A DNA stretch of 64,000 nt, taken from assembly GCA_963702435.1 (NCBI GenBank), contig CAVPCR010000002.1:512001-576000 (forward strand). Direction: 5' to 3'. The notes under the pieces are model-generated. The model did no database searches and was not told the origin of the DNA. It was given only the letters and a program-made list of their open reading frames with translations. Below are positions 1 through 10,972 of the stretch, in pieces; the stretch's first letter is position 1, and every line of letters starts with the position of its first letter. Both the position numbers and the translations under genes were made by a program. This DNA comes from Candidatus Eiseniibacteriota bacterium. Its GTDB lineage: Bacteria; Eisenbacteria; RBG-16-71-46; CAVPCR01.

Positions 1-205
1 TCCGCCGCACTCCGAACCGATCGGCCTGGGCGGCGAGGGCGGCCGCCTGCCGGTTCGCTGCGAGCCCGATCACCGCGAGCTCCTGCGGGCAGCGGGCGAC
101 CACCTCGAGGGCGCTTTGCCCCACCGATCCGGTCGACCCGAGAACGACGAGGCGCCGCCGCCGACCCGAACGGACCCCGGTTTCGTGATCGGGCGCCCGG
201 CGCAT
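1..205 (-). CDS. dxr: 1-deoxy-D-xylulose-5-phosphate reductoisomerase, 5' part (runs off window)
   Basis: Manual translation MRRAPDH...RLVVLGSTGSVGQSALEVV; LGSTGS motif; AGGAG RBS; follows cdsA. Confidence 0.9.
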   Translation of the reverse strand, partial: MRRAPDHETGVRSGRRRRLVVLGSTGSVGQSALEVVARCPQELAVIGLAANRQAAALAAQADRFGVRR

Positions 206-252
206 CAACGGCTCTCCTCGCTCATCGCGATCGTGCGCTCCCCGCTCGCGGT

Positions 253-1122
253 TCACAGCAGAATCCCGCGGAGCACATAGTAGAACGTCGGCGCGGCGAA
301 CAGGATCGAATCGAAACGATCGAGCACGCCGCCGTGCCCGGGAATGGTCATCGCAGCGGCCGAGTCCTTGCAAGCTGCATCGCGCTTGAGGAGCGACTCG
401 ACGAGATCGCCGAGCATGCTGCTCACCGCAATGAGCAGGCCGAGGAGGAAACCCCGGCCCGGACCGATCGGCACGAAGGTGAGCGCCCCCGCGACCCCGA
501 GCGCACCGCCGGCCGCGATCCCGCCGATCGCGCCCTCGACCGACTTCCTGGGACTCACCGCCGGCAACAGGGCGTGCCGGCCCCAGGCCCGGCCGGTCAG
601 ATAGGCGCCGGTATCGGTGCCCCACGTACACAGGAAGAGGAAGAGTACGAACTGCCCGCCCAGCGCGTAGTCGAGTCCGGCGAGCAGCGGCAACTCGCGC
701 AAGAATACCAGATGGCTCCCGAGCCAGGCGACGTAGAAGACGCCGAACAGCGTGCCGCCGATCGCACCCACCGCACCGCGGTGATCGCTCTGGAAGAGCT
801 CGCTCACCATGGTGATGAGCAGCACAAGGGTGAGGAGCAGGTTCGCGTGCACCCCCACCTCGAAGTACGCGGAGACGACGAGGAGGAGGCCGGCGGCGAC
901 ACCGAGGCCGCGATAGGGCCGCTCGCCCTTCGCCGCGAGCAACCGGTAGAACTCGAGGAGACCGAGGAAGACGAAGAGCAGGACGAAGCCCAGGTAGAAG
1001 AGGCCGCCATGCAGCGCGAGCAGGATGAGGACGGGGACGAAGACGGCCCCGGAGGTGAGGCGGAGGAGGAGTGAATCCCGGCCCGCGCGTGCGGCCGGCG
1101 CCGCCTCACTCGACGCGGCCAA
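253..1122 (-). CDS. cdsA: phosphatidate cytidylyltransferase
   Basis: DTGAY, SPRKSVEG, GDLVESLLKR, IPGHGGVLDRFDS motifs; TTG start is approximate. Confidence 0.93.
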   Translation of the reverse strand: MAASSEAAPAARAGRDSLLLRLTSGAVFVPVLILLALHGGLFYLGFVLLFVFLGLLEFYRLLAAKGERPYRGLGVAAGLLLVVSAYFEVGVHANLLLTLVLLITMVSELFQSDHRGAVGAIGGTLFGVFYVAWLGSHLVFLRELPLLAGLDYALGGQFVLFLFLCTWGTDTGAYLTGRAWGRHALLPAVSPRKSVEGAIGGIAAGGALGVAGALTFVPIGPGRGFLLGLLIAVSSMLGDLVESLLKRDAACKDSAAAMTIPGHGGVLDRFDSILFAAPTFYYVLRGILL

Positions 1123-1858
1123 AGCGACGCTCTCGCCGGTTGTACTCCGCGACCGCGGCGCGCAGATGGTCGCCGCGGAAATCGGGCCACATGACCGGAG
1201 TGATGTAGATCTCGGCATAGGCGAGCTGCCAGAGGAGGAAGTTCGAGATCCGCATCTCACCGCTCGTGCGGATGAGGAGATCGGGATCGGGGATGTCGGC
1301 GGTCATGAGGCGCGCCGTGAGGTCCCCTGGGCCGATCCGCTCCGGGGCGAGCCGGCCGTCGATGCAATCCCGGGCTAAGCTCCGCGCGGCATCCACGATC
1401 TCGTCGCGGCCGCCGTAGGAGAGGGCGAGAACGAGGGTAAGCCCGGTCGAGTCCTTGAGGAAGTCGATCGTCTCCACGAGCACACGCTGCACCGAGGCGG
1501 GGAGTTCGCCGAGGTGCCCGATCGCGCGCAGCCGCACGTTCGAGCGCTTGAGCTCCTCCCGCTCCTCCACCAGTGTGGCGTCGAGGAAGCGCATGAGGGC
1601 GTCCACCTCGAGGCGCGGGCGACTCCAGTTCTCGCTCGAAAAGGTGTAGAGCGTCAGGTACTCGATGCCCAGCTCGCTCGCCGCCTCCACCACCGCGCGC
1701 ACCGACTTCCGGCCCTCGCGATGGCCCCAGATGCGTGGCATCCCGCGCTGCTGCGCCCAGCGCCCGTTGCCATCCATGATGATGGCGACGTGGCGCGGGA
1801 TCTTCTTGAGCGCGGGCTCCCCCGCCGGCATCTCCATGTGACTCTTTGCTTCGTGCAT
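1106..1858 (-). CDS. uppS: undecaprenyl diphosphate synthase (isoprenyl transferase)
   Basis: HVAIIMDGNGRW, FSSENW, RTSGEMRISNFLLWQ motifs. Confidence 0.97.
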   Translation of the reverse strand: MHEAKSHMEMPAGEPALKKIPRHVAIIMDGNGRWAQQRGMPRIWGHREGRKSVRAVVEAASELGIEYLTLYTFSSENWSRPRLEVDALMRFLDATLVEEREELKRSNVRLRAIGHLGELPASVQRVLVETIDFLKDSTGLTLVLALSYGGRDEIVDAARSLARDCIDGRLAPERIGPGDLTARLMTADIPDPDLLIRTSGEMRISNFLLWQLAYAEIYITPVMWPDFRGDHLRAAVAEYNRRERRFGRVE

Positions 1859-1934
1859 CGGTCGCGCGGCCGTGGGCCCGCCGGCCGACCCTCGAGACCC
1901 GGGGCCGTGCGGCCGCGAGAGAGGGCGGCAGGAG

Positions 1935-2480
1935 CTAGACCTCCATGATCTCGAGCCGCTTCTTCTCGAGGATCTCGTCGAGCCGCTTGATCGACTGGTC
2001 GGTGTGCTTCTGCACCTCGCCCATCGACCGGTGCGAGTCGTCGGCGCTCAGCTTGCCGTCGTGCTCCTGCTTCTTGATCTCCTCGTTGACCTCGCGCCGG
2101 ACGTTGCGGACGGCCACCTTGCCGTCCTCGACCAGCTTCGAGGCGTGCTTGACGAGCTGCTTCCGCCGCTCCTCGTTGAGCGGCGGGATCGGGAGCCGGA
2201 TCACGGTGCCGTCACTCGACGGGTTGAGCCCGAGATCGGTCTTCTGGATCGCCTTCACCACGTCGAGCAGGATCGTTTTCTCGTACGGCTGCACGAGGAG
2301 GAGCCGCGGCTCGGGCACGGTGATCGCCGCGATCGTGTTGAGGGCGGTGGGATTGCCGTAGTAAGGAACCTTCACTCCATCGAGGAGGGCGGGCGAGGCG
2401 CGTCCGGTACGGATCTGGGCCAGCTCATGTCGAACGTGCTCGACCGCTTTCGCCATCCTCTCCTCAGCCTTCTTGTCCAC
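1935..2480 (-). CDS. frr: ribosome recycling factor
   Basis: IRTGRASP, PPLNEERRK, VRNVRR motifs; synteny. Confidence 0.97.
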   Translation of the reverse strand: MDKKAEERMAKAVEHVRHELAQIRTGRASPALLDGVKVPYYGNPTALNTIAAITVPEPRLLLVQPYEKTILLDVVKAIQKTDLGLNPSSDGTVIRLPIPPLNEERRKQLVKHASKLVEDGKVAVRNVRREVNEEIKKQEHDGKLSADDSHRSMGEVQKHTDQSIKRLDEILEKKRLEIMEV

Positions 2481-2481
2481 G

Positions 2482-3204
2482 TCACGCTCCTACCGAAACG
2501 AGGGTCCCCACCTTCTCCCCGAGCACCACGCGCTTGACGTTGCCGCGTTGCGTCAGGTTGAAGACCACGAGTGGAAGCTTGTTGTCCATGCACAGCGAGA
2601 TGGCGGCCTTGTCCATCACGTTGAGGCCGCGGCTCAGCACATCGAGGTAATCGAGGCGCTCGTAGAAGATCGCGCTCGGATCGAGCATCGGATCGGCGCT
2701 GTACACGCCGTCGACCTTGGTCGCCTTGAGGATGACGTCGGCCTCGATCTCGATCCCGCGGAGCACGGCGGCGGTGTCGGTCGTGAAGTACGGGTTCCCG
2801 GTGCCCCCGGCCATGATCACCACCCGCCCCTTCTCCAGATGGCGGATGGCGCGCCGGCGGATGAAGGGTTCGCAGAGCTGCTGCATGGTGATCGCCGACT
2901 GCACCCGGGTGTACACCCCGCTCCGCTCGAGCTGATCCTGGAGCGCGAGGGCGTTGATGACCGTGGCCAGCATGCCCATGTAGTCGGCATTGACCCGGTC
3001 CATGCCCTCGGCGGAGGCGCGGAGGCCGCGGAAGATGTTGCCGCCGCCGATGACGATGCCGATCTGGGTGCCGAGCGCATGCACCCCGGCCACTTCCTCG
3101 GCGATCTGCACGAGCCGCCGGGGCTCGATGCCGAAGCCCTGCTCTCCCGCGAGCACCTCGCCGGAGAGCTTGAGGAGGATGCGCTTGAATCGGGCTCCGG
3201 CCAA
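2482..3204 (-). CDS. pyrH: uridylate kinase
   Basis: [31 protein letters not shown] motifs. Confidence 0.98.
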   Translation of the reverse strand: MAGARFKRILLKLSGEVLAGEQGFGIEPRRLVQIAEEVAGVHALGTQIGIVIGGGNIFRGLRASAEGMDRVNADYMGMLATVINALALQDQLERSGVYTRVQSAITMQQLCEPFIRRRAIRHLEKGRVVIMAGGTGNPYFTTDTAAVLRGIEIEADVILKATKVDGVYSADPMLDPSAIFYERLDYLDVLSRGLNVMDKAAISLCMDNKLPLVVFNLTQRGNVKRVVLGEKVGTLVSVGA

Positions 3205-3276
3205 CTCGACCTCCGGGCGCGGACGACGCGGCGCCGCCGGCGGGCGGGTCCGCAGGCGCGGCCCGCCGGCCAGAGC

Positions 3277-3882
3277 CTACTCCTCGCCGAGGCGGAACTT
3301 GGCGAAGCGGCGCACGGTGATGTTCTCACCGAACTGGGCGATCGCCGCGGTGACCACGTCCTTCACCCTGCGCTCGGGATCGCGCATGTAGGGCTGCTCG
3401 AGAAGCACCACGTCGGAGAAGAACTTCTCGATCTTGCCTTCCACGATCTTCTCGGTGACCGCCGCCGGCTTGCCCATGGCCGCGACCTGCGCGGCGAAGA
3501 TCTCGCGCTCCTTGGCGACGCGCGCCGCCGGCAGCTGGTCCCGCTCGACGGCCACGGCCTCGGTGGCGGCCGCCTGCATGGCCAGCTCGCGGCACAGGCT
3601 CTGGAACTCGTCGGTGCGCGCCACGAAATCGGTCTCGCAGCCGATCTCGATCATCACGCCGACCCGGCCGCCCGGATGGATGTAGGCGTAGACCTGCCCC
3701 TCGCGGGTCTCGCGCCCGGAGCGCTTGCCCGCATCCGACAGGCCCTTCTTGCGCAGGTGCTCTTCGGCCGCCTGGATGTCGCCGCCGGTTGCGGCCAGCG
3801 CCTTCTTGCAGTCCATCATGCCGGCGCCCGTCTTCACGCGCAGATCGCGCACGAGAGTGGCGCTGATCGTTTCCCCGCTCAT
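3277..3882 (-). CDS. tsf: elongation factor Ts (short form)
   Basis: TGAGMMDCKKAL and CETDFVA motifs. Confidence 0.97.
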   Translation of the reverse strand: MSGETISATLVRDLRVKTGAGMMDCKKALAATGGDIQAAEEHLRKKGLSDAGKRSGRETREGQVYAYIHPGGRVGVMIEIGCETDFVARTDEFQSLCRELAMQAAATEAVAVERDQLPAARVAKEREIFAAQVAAMGKPAAVTEKIVEGKIEKFFSDVVLLEQPYMRDPERRVKDVVTAAIAQFGENITVRRFAKFRLGEE

Positions 3883-3917
3883 GGTTCCCCCGCTCCGCGC
3901 ATGCGTTGCCGCGCGCT

Positions 3918-4709
3918 TCAGACCCCCGGCGGCGCGAGCGCCGGCTCTGCCGCCGCCATCACCGCCGCTTGCGGCTCCGGCCGCCCTGCCCCCTCGCCGC
4001 CGCTCGGGGCCACCGCCTCGCCCTCGGTCATCTCGCTCCGGACCTTGAGCACGGCGTCGCCGACCATCCGTGCGTAGAGCTCGATGGCGCGCAGCGCATC
4101 ATCGTTGCCGGGAATAGGATAGTTGATCGGATCGGGATCGCAGTTGGTATCGACGACACCGATGATCGGGATCCCCACCCGGTTGGCCTCGCTGACCGCG
4201 ATCCGCTCGTTCTTGGTGTCGACGATGAAGACGATGGCCGGCAGCTCTTCCATCTGCTTGATCCCCGAGAAGACCTTGTCGAGGCGCGCCCGCTGCTTCT
4301 CGAGGCGCGACACTTCCTTCTTCGCCAACTTCTCGTACGTGCCGTCGGTGGCCATCGCCTCGATCTCGAGCAGACGCTTCACCGAGCTGCGGATGGTCTT
4401 GAAGTTGGTGAGCATGCCGCCGAGCCAGCGCTCGGTGATGTGGTACATGCCGCAGCGCTCGGACTCGCGGATCAAGGGGTCGCGGGCCTGGCGCTTGGTG
4501 CCCACGAAGAGCACCTTGCCGCCACGGCGCGCCACCACCTCGACCGCCTTGCGCGCCTCCTCGAGCGCGGCGAGGGTCTTCTGCAGATCGAGGATGTAAA
4601 TGCCGTTTCGCTCCATGAAGATGTAGTGCTTCATCTTCGGATTCCAGCGCCGCGTCTGGTGCCCGAAGTGCACGCCGGCTTCAAGGAGGTCTCTGAGACC
4701 GATCTCCAT
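3918..4709 (-). CDS. rpsB: 30S ribosomal protein S2
   Basis: LLEAGVHFGHQTRRWNPKM, RWLGGMLTN, IPGNDD motifs. Confidence 0.98.
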   Translation of the reverse strand: MEIGLRDLLEAGVHFGHQTRRWNPKMKHYIFMERNGIYILDLQKTLAALEEARKAVEVVARRGGKVLFVGTKRQARDPLIRESERCGMYHITERWLGGMLTNFKTIRSSVKRLLEIEAMATDGTYEKLAKKEVSRLEKQRARLDKVFSGIKQMEELPAIVFIVDTKNERIAVSEANRVGIPIIGVVDTNCDPDPINYPIPGNDDALRAIELYARMVGDAVLKVRSEMTEGEAVAPSGGEGAGRPEPQAAVMAAAEPALAPPGV

Positions 4710-4726
4710 CCAGTCCTCCGCTGTTC

Positions 4727-4793
4727 GGTTTCATCCTCCGCCGCCCGGACCGCCCCTGCGGGCGGCAACCGAAGCCAAGAGGCGGCGTGTGTG
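4727..4793 (-). promoter_or_regulatory. rpsB 5' leader, t44/S2 autoregulatory-like RNA
   Basis: Minus strand CACACACGCCGCC...GGTTGCC...GGCGGCGGAGGATGAAACC just upstream of rpsB; closing stem and GGAGG..AACC end resemble t44 leaders. Confidence 0.55.
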
Positions 4794-4882
4794 CTCCGGC
4801 GGTCCCGGCCGCTCCTGGTGGAGATCGAGGCCCGACCGCCGGGGATCGCGGGCCGCTCGGGCCCGCAAACAGGGATGCAGGT

Positions 4883-5272
4883 CTAGCGCTTCGAGAACTG
4901 GAAGCGCTTCCGCGCGCCGGCCTGCCCGTACTTCTTCCGTTCCTTCTCGCGCGCGTCGCGCGTCAGGAAGCCGGCCTTCTGCAGGCTCGGGCGCAGCTCG
5001 GGCACCGCCTTGCACAGGCCGCGCGCGAGCCCGTGCCGGAGCGCGCCGGCCTGGCCGGTCAGGCCGCCGCCGACGACCACCGCTTCGACGTCGAAGCGGT
5101 CCTTGGTCTCGGTCGAGTTGAGCGGGGCGAGGGCCGCGATGACCAGGACCTCGCGCTTGAAGTAGGTCTTCAGGTCACGGCCGTTCACGAGGAGCTTGCC
5201 GGTCCCCGGACGCATGAACACACGAGCCACCGAGCTCTTGCGGCGCCCGGTGACGAGAACCTTGTCCTCCAT
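4883..5272 (-). CDS. rpsI: 30S ribosomal protein S9
   Basis: TGRRKSSVARV, GGGLTGQAGA, C-terminal QFSKR. Confidence 0.98.
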   Translation of the reverse strand: MEDKVLVTGRRKSSVARVFMRPGTGKLLVNGRDLKTYFKREVLVIAALAPLNSTETKDRFDVEAVVVGGGLTGQAGALRHGLARGLCKAVPELRPSLQKAGFLTRDAREKERKKYGQAGARKRFQFSKR

Positions 5273-5363
5273 CGACTCTCCTTAGGACTCCTCGGGAGGG
5301 AATTCAGCCCCGCTCGGTTCGTTCCGAGCGGGCTCGATCCGCGCGCGCCGCCTGGCGGCGCGG

Positions 5364-5804
5364 CTAACCCTTGACGGCGAGCGGCGCCGGCTTCTGCGGC
5401 GCGTGCGGATGCTCGGCTCCGCGATACACCTTGAGCTTCCGCATGATGGCGCGACCGAGGCGGTTGCGCGGGATCATGCCGCGCACGGCCAGGCGCACCA
5501 CTTCCTCCGGCTTCTTCGCCATCATCACGGCCACCGGGATGGCGCGCAGCCCGCCCGGGTAGCCGGAATGCCGGTAGTACGTCATCTGCTCGCGCTTGCG
5601 CCCGGTCAGGAGCACGCGCTCCGCGTTGATCACCACGACGTGATCGCCGAGATCGAGGTGCGGCGTGTAGGCAGGCTTGTGCTTGCCCTTGAGCAGCTTC
5701 GCCGCCTCGGAGGCGAGCCGTCCGAGCGGCATGCCCTCGGCGTCGAGGACGACCCAGGCGTGGGCCTGGGCGATGTCATCCTTCTTAGGAATGTAGGTCT
5801 TCAT
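5364..5804 (-). CDS. rplM: 50S ribosomal protein L13
   Basis: LGRLAS, GKHKPAYTPH, HSGYPGG motifs; start at MKTY. Confidence 0.98.
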   Translation of the reverse strand: MKTYIPKKDDIAQAHAWVVLDAEGMPLGRLASEAAKLLKGKHKPAYTPHLDLGDHVVVINAERVLLTGRKREQMTYYRHSGYPGGLRAIPVAVMMAKKPEEVVRLAVRGMIPRNRLGRAIMRKLKVYRGAEHPHAPQKPAPLAVKG

Positions 5805-5936
5805 GCAAACTTCTTCCCATGCGTCCGAAAGAGGCCGCACCCGCCAAGGCGCAAAACCCCACGACCCGAGCGGCTGCTTCGTGGAGACCGACGGGTCCTC
5901 AGGATGCGCGAGCAGGGCAAGATAGCCGGACCGCGG

Positions 5937-5966
5937 AAGTTAGCAGCCCGGAGCGAGGGCTGTCAA
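5937..5966 (-). promoter_or_regulatory. sigma70-type promoter for rplM operon
   Basis: TTGACA-18nt-TAACTT with TG extension. Confidence 0.6.
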
Positions 5967-6018
5967 CGGCTTCATCCGCCCCTTCCCGGGCCCGCCGGAT
6001 GGCGAGCGGACCGTTGCG

Positions 6019-7103
<1,085 letters not shown>

Positions 7104-7107
<4 letters not shown>

Positions 7108-7763
7108 CGCTTCCTCATCTTCCGCGGGCGGAGCGGCGGGCGCCGCGCCGACGCTCCCGCCGTCAGGTCGACGAGCATGCTGCGGAGCCGCGCCACCGGG
7201 AGACCCACCACGTTCCAGTAACAACCCTCGATGCGATCCACGAACAGGGCCCCGTGCCCCTGGATCCCGTACGCGCCCGCCTTGTCGAAGGGCTCGCCGG
7301 TCGCGACGTAGGCGGCGATCTCCGCCCCGGTCGCGGCACGCATGTGCACGCGCGTGTCCTCCCAGGAGAGGCAACGCGCGCCGCGCTCGACGTCGATGAG
7401 CGCGAGCCCGGTCGTGACGACATGCGTGCGCCCGACGAGCCGCGCGAGCATGCGGGCCGCGGCGCGCGGGCTGGCCGGCTTCCCGAGCACCTCGCCGTCC
7501 ACGACGACGACCGTGTCGGCCCCGAGCACGATGCCGCGCCGGCGCCCGCGCGCCACCGCGGACGCCTTCTCGGCCGCGGCGCGCATCGCGACCTCGCGCG
7601 GGGGCAGACCGGGTTCACCGCGCTCGTCCACGTCGGCCGGACGGATGACGAAGCGCACGCCGAGCTGGCGGAGGATCGCGGCGCGGCGCGGCGAGCCCGA
7701 GGCCAGGATGAAGAGCGCCGGTCCCGCGTAGAGGAGGGAACGGGGAGCGGGCCGCGCACTCAT
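7104..7763 (-). CDS. maf: Maf family nucleoside triphosphate pyrophosphatase
   Basis: ILASGSPRR, GADTVV, DKAGAYGIQG, NVVGLP motifs. Confidence 0.95.
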
Positions 7764-8203
7764 GGTGCGGTCTCGAGCAGGATGGTGACCGGTCCCTGGT
7801 TCACGAGCTCGACCTCCATCATGGCCCCGAAGCGCCCGCACTCGACCGGGATCCCGCGGGCGCGGAGGCCGGCGGCCACCTCCGCGACGAGGGGCGCGGC
7901 GGTCTCCGGCGCGGCGGCGCCCGCGTAGCTCGGCCGCCGGCCCTTCGCGACGTCGCCGTAGAGCGTGAACTGGGAGACGAGGAGCACGGCGCCGCCCACG
8001 TCCTCGAGCGAGCGGTTCATCTTCCCATCCTCGTCGGGAAAGATGCGGAGCTCGGCGAGCTTCCGCACCATCCAGCCGACCTCCGCTGCGCCGTCCCCGG
8101 CGCCGATTCCGAGGAGCACGGCGAGCCCGCGCTCGATCTCTCCGACCCCCTCCCCGTCCACGCGCACCACGGCCCGGCTCACGCGCTGCACGACGGCCCG
8201 CAT
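7760..8203 (-). CDS. dtd: D-aminoacyl-tRNA deacylase
   Basis: MRAVVQRV, VSQFTL, NQGPVT motifs. Confidence 0.97.
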   Translation of the reverse strand: MRAVVQRVSRAVVRVDGEGVGEIERGLAVLLGIGAGDGAAEVGWMVRKLAELRIFPDEDGKMNRSLEDVGGAVLLVSQFTLYGDVAKGRRPSYAGAAAPETAAPLVAEVAAGLRARGIPVECGRFGAMMEVELVNQGPVTILLETAP

Positions 8204-8207
8204 CGAG

Positions 8208-10448
8208 CTAGCCGACCTCTTCCTCGGGCTCGGCCACGTCGTCGAGCCGCGCGTCGCCGAACACCTGGTGGCGCTCGACCGCGGTCACGCCCTTCACCTC
8301 GCGCACGGCGCGGATCACCCGATCGAGATGGCGGAGGTTCTTGACCTCGACGAAGAAGGTGCCGCGCACGTTCACGTTGTCCGTCTTCATCTCCGAGCGC
8401 CGGATGTTGGTATCGGCGGAGGAGATGGCCTTGGCGACGTCGGCCAGGAGCCCGCGCCGCTCGGTGCCGGTGACGAGGAGCTTGACCAGGAACGCCTGGT
8501 CCTTGTCGGCGTCCCAGTCGACGTGGATCCGGCGCTCGGGCTCGACGCGCCCCTCGAAGGCGTTCGGGCAGTCGAGCCGGTGCACGGTCACGCCGCGGCC
8601 GCGGGTGACGATCCCGGTGATGCGATCCCCGGGAACCGGCATGCAGCACTTGGCGAAGGTGATCATCAGGTTGTCGAGACCCTGGATCGAGACGCCGCGC
8701 GCGGGCATGCGGGCGAGATCGCGCAGCCCCTCGAGCGAGAAGGTGCGGCGCGGCCGCTCGGGGTGCTCGGCCAGATCGGGGAAGATCTTGGCGAGGACCT
8801 GCTTGAGATTCAGATCGCCGTTGCCCAGCGCGACGCAGAGGCTCTCGACTCCCTCGTAGCCCACCGCCTGCGCGGCATCGGCCAGCTCCTCGGGGGTGGG
8901 CAGCTTCTGGCGGAGCCGCCGCACCTCCTTCTCGAGCATCTCGCGCCCGAGCGCCATCGACTGATCGTGGCGCTGCGCCTTGACCCAGCGGCGGATCTTC
9001 GACCGCGCGCGCGAGGTGACGACGAAGCCGAGCCAGTCGTGCGACGGCTGGCCCTGCGGCGAGGTGATGATCTCGACGTGGTCGCCCGACACGAGCTGGT
9101 AGCGGAGCGGGACGATCCGCCCGTTGATCCGGGCGCCCACTGTGTGCTCGCCGACCTGGGTGTGGATGTGATAGGCGAAGTCGACCGGGGTCGAACCCTG
9201 GGGCAGGTGGATGAGATCGCCCTTCGGCGTGAAGACGAACACCTCGTCCTGGTAGAGCCCGATCTTCACGTACTCGAGGAACTCGGCCGGGGACGTCGCG
9301 TCCTCCGACCACTGCTCGGTCTGGCGCATGATGGCGGCCCAGGCCTGGCTCGCCGCGGTCTCCGCCTCGCCGCTCTCCTTGTACGAGTAGTGCGCGGCCA
9401 CGCCGAGCTCGGCCACCCGGTGCATCTCGCGGCTCCGGATCTGGACCTCGATCAGGTTGTTGCGCGGTCCCACCACAGTCGTGTGCAGCGACTGGTACAT
9501 GTTGCTCTTGGGGGTCGCGATGTAGTCGGTGAAGCGGTCGTGAATCGGGTTGTACAGGTTGTGCACGGCGCCGAGCGCCTTGTAGCAGTCGTCGACGCTG
9601 GTCGTGATGATGCGGACGCCAAGGAGATCGTAGATGTCCTCGAACGGCCGGCCCTGGTCCTGCATCTTCTTCGCGATCGAGTAGAAGTGCTTGGGCCGGC
9701 CCGCCACCTCGGCCTTGATCCCGAGATCGACCAGGCGGCGGTGGATGTGGGCCTTGATCTCGTCCAGGTAGCGCTCGCGCTCGCCGCGACGCATCTCGAC
9801 CTTGCGCGAGATCTCGCGGTAGAGCTCGGGGTTCAGGTGCTTGAAGGCGAGGTCCTCGAGCTCCCACTTGACGGTGGCGATGCCGAGGCGATGGGCGAGC
9901 GGGGCGTAGATGTCGAGGGTCTCGGTCGCGATCTCGAGGGCGCGCTCCCGCTTCAGGTGCTCGAGCGTGCGCATGTTGTGCAGGCGATCGCCGAGCTTGA
10001 TCAGCACCACCCGGATGTCCTTGGCCATGGACAGGAGCATCTTGCGGAAGGTGTTGGCCTGCTCGTGCAGGCGATCGCCCATCGACAGGCCGGAGATCTT
10101 GGTGAGCGCGTCGACCAGCCGCGCCACCGGCGCACCGAAGCGGCTCTCCACTTCAGCGAGGGAGATCTTGGTGTCCTCGACGACATCGTGGAGGAGGGCG
10201 GCGGTGATCAGGGTCTCATCGATGCGCGACTCGAGCATCTCGACGAGGATCAGGCAGACCTCGACGCAGTGGGTGATATAGGGGTCGCCCGAGCGGCGGA
10301 GCTGGTAGCCGTGCGCGGACTTGGAGAAGTCGTAGGCGCGGCGGACGCGGTCGACGTCGAAACCCGGACGCACGGTCTTGGCCTGGGTGAGGAGCCCGGC
10401 GAACAGGATGTCCGGGTTGCGGTTCGACCGCGGGAGATGATCAGCCAT
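8208..10448 (-). CDS. rel: bifunctional (p)ppGpp synthetase/hydrolase (HD-SYNTH-TGS-ZFD-ACT)
   Basis: HDVVEDT, DRLHNMRTL, YQSLHT, EVQIR, AAHY, FTPKG, KCCMPVPGD motifs. Confidence 0.97.
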   Translation of the reverse strand: MADHLPRSNRNPDILFAGLLTQAKTVRPGFDVDRVRRAYDFSKSAHGYQLRRSGDPYITHCVEVCLILVEMLESRIDETLITAALLHDVVEDTKISLAEVESRFGAPVARLVDALTKISGLSMGDRLHEQANTFRKMLLSMAKDIRVVLIKLGDRLHNMRTLEHLKRERALEIATETLDIYAPLAHRLGIATVKWELEDLAFKHLNPELYREISRKVEMRRGERERYLDEIKAHIHRRLVDLGIKAEVAGRPKHFYSIAKKMQDQGRPFEDIYDLLGVRIITTSVDDCYKALGAVHNLYNPIHDRFTDYIATPKSNMYQSLHTTVVGPRNNLIEVQIRSREMHRVAELGVAAHYSYKESGEAETAASQAWAAIMRQTEQWSEDATSPAEFLEYVKIGLYQDEVFVFTPKGDLIHLPQGSTPVDFAYHIHTQVGEHTVGARINGRIVPLRYQLVSGDHVEIITSPQGQPSHDWLGFVVTSRARSKIRRWVKAQRHDQSMALGREMLEKEVRRLRQKLPTPEELADAAQAVGYEGVESLCVALGNGDLNLKQVLAKIFPDLAEHPERPRRTFSLEGLRDLARMPARGVSIQGLDNLMITFAKCCMPVPGDRITGIVTRGRGVTVHRLDCPNAFEGRVEPERRIHVDWDADKDQAFLVKLLVTGTERRGLLADVAKAISSADTNIRRSEMKTDNVNVRGTFFVEVKNLRHLDRVIRAVREVKGVTAVERHQVFGDARLDDVAEPEEEVG

Positions 10449-10521
10449 CGTCTATCGCGTGACGCGCCTCGCTCGAGCCGCCCGTCGCGCCGGGCCGGAG
10501 TGCCCGCCCGGATCGCGGAAA

Positions 10522-10910
10522 CGAAGACCGGAGTCGGTGGTAAGCCGGGTTCTGTCGGACCCCGAGGGGTCCGCGGCGACCATTCGTCTGGGACGTCCGT
10601 TGCCGGACGCCTCGAGCAGCCTACCCGGGAGTCATGACGAGACGGGCCGTCTCTCCTCCCCTATTTGGCCTTGCTCCAGGTGGGGTTTACCGAGCTGCCG
10701 GCGTCACCGCCGGCACTGGTGAGCTCTTACCTCGCCGTTTCACCCTTGCCGTCTCCGCCGTGAGGCGGAGCTTGGGCGGTCTATTCTCTGTGGCACTTTC
10801 CCTAGGATCGCTCCCGCTGGGGGTTACCCAGCACCCTGCCCTGTGGAGCCCGGACTTTCCTCGAGCCACCTGGCGGCAGCCCGCGGCCGCCTCACCGGCT
10901 CCGGTCTTCG
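10522..10910 (-). ncRNA. rnpB: RNase P RNA (class A)
   Basis: Minus strand GAGGAAAGTCCGGGC near 5' end and ACAGAACCCGGCTTA near 3' end; complementary termini form P1; TACAAT -10 at 10917-10922. Confidence 0.96.
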
Positions 10911-10972
10911 CACTTCATTGTACCCGTGGTCCGGTCCGCGGGCGCCGCGTTTTTCCCGCCCGGCCGGGACAC

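Noticed and set aside
3277..3882. EF-Ts appears truncated (201 aa)
   Set aside because: Short EF-Ts forms are a known natural variant; both ends are intact
7965..10637. 890-aa plus-strand ORF and many other long antisense ORFs (e.g. 2473..4077, 16330..18543, 21017..23386)
   Set aside because: Shadow ORFs of well-supported genes in very high-GC DNA; no recognisable motifs
10687..10869. 60-aa ORF MARGKSGLHRAGCW
   Set aside because: Lies within the RNase P RNA gene
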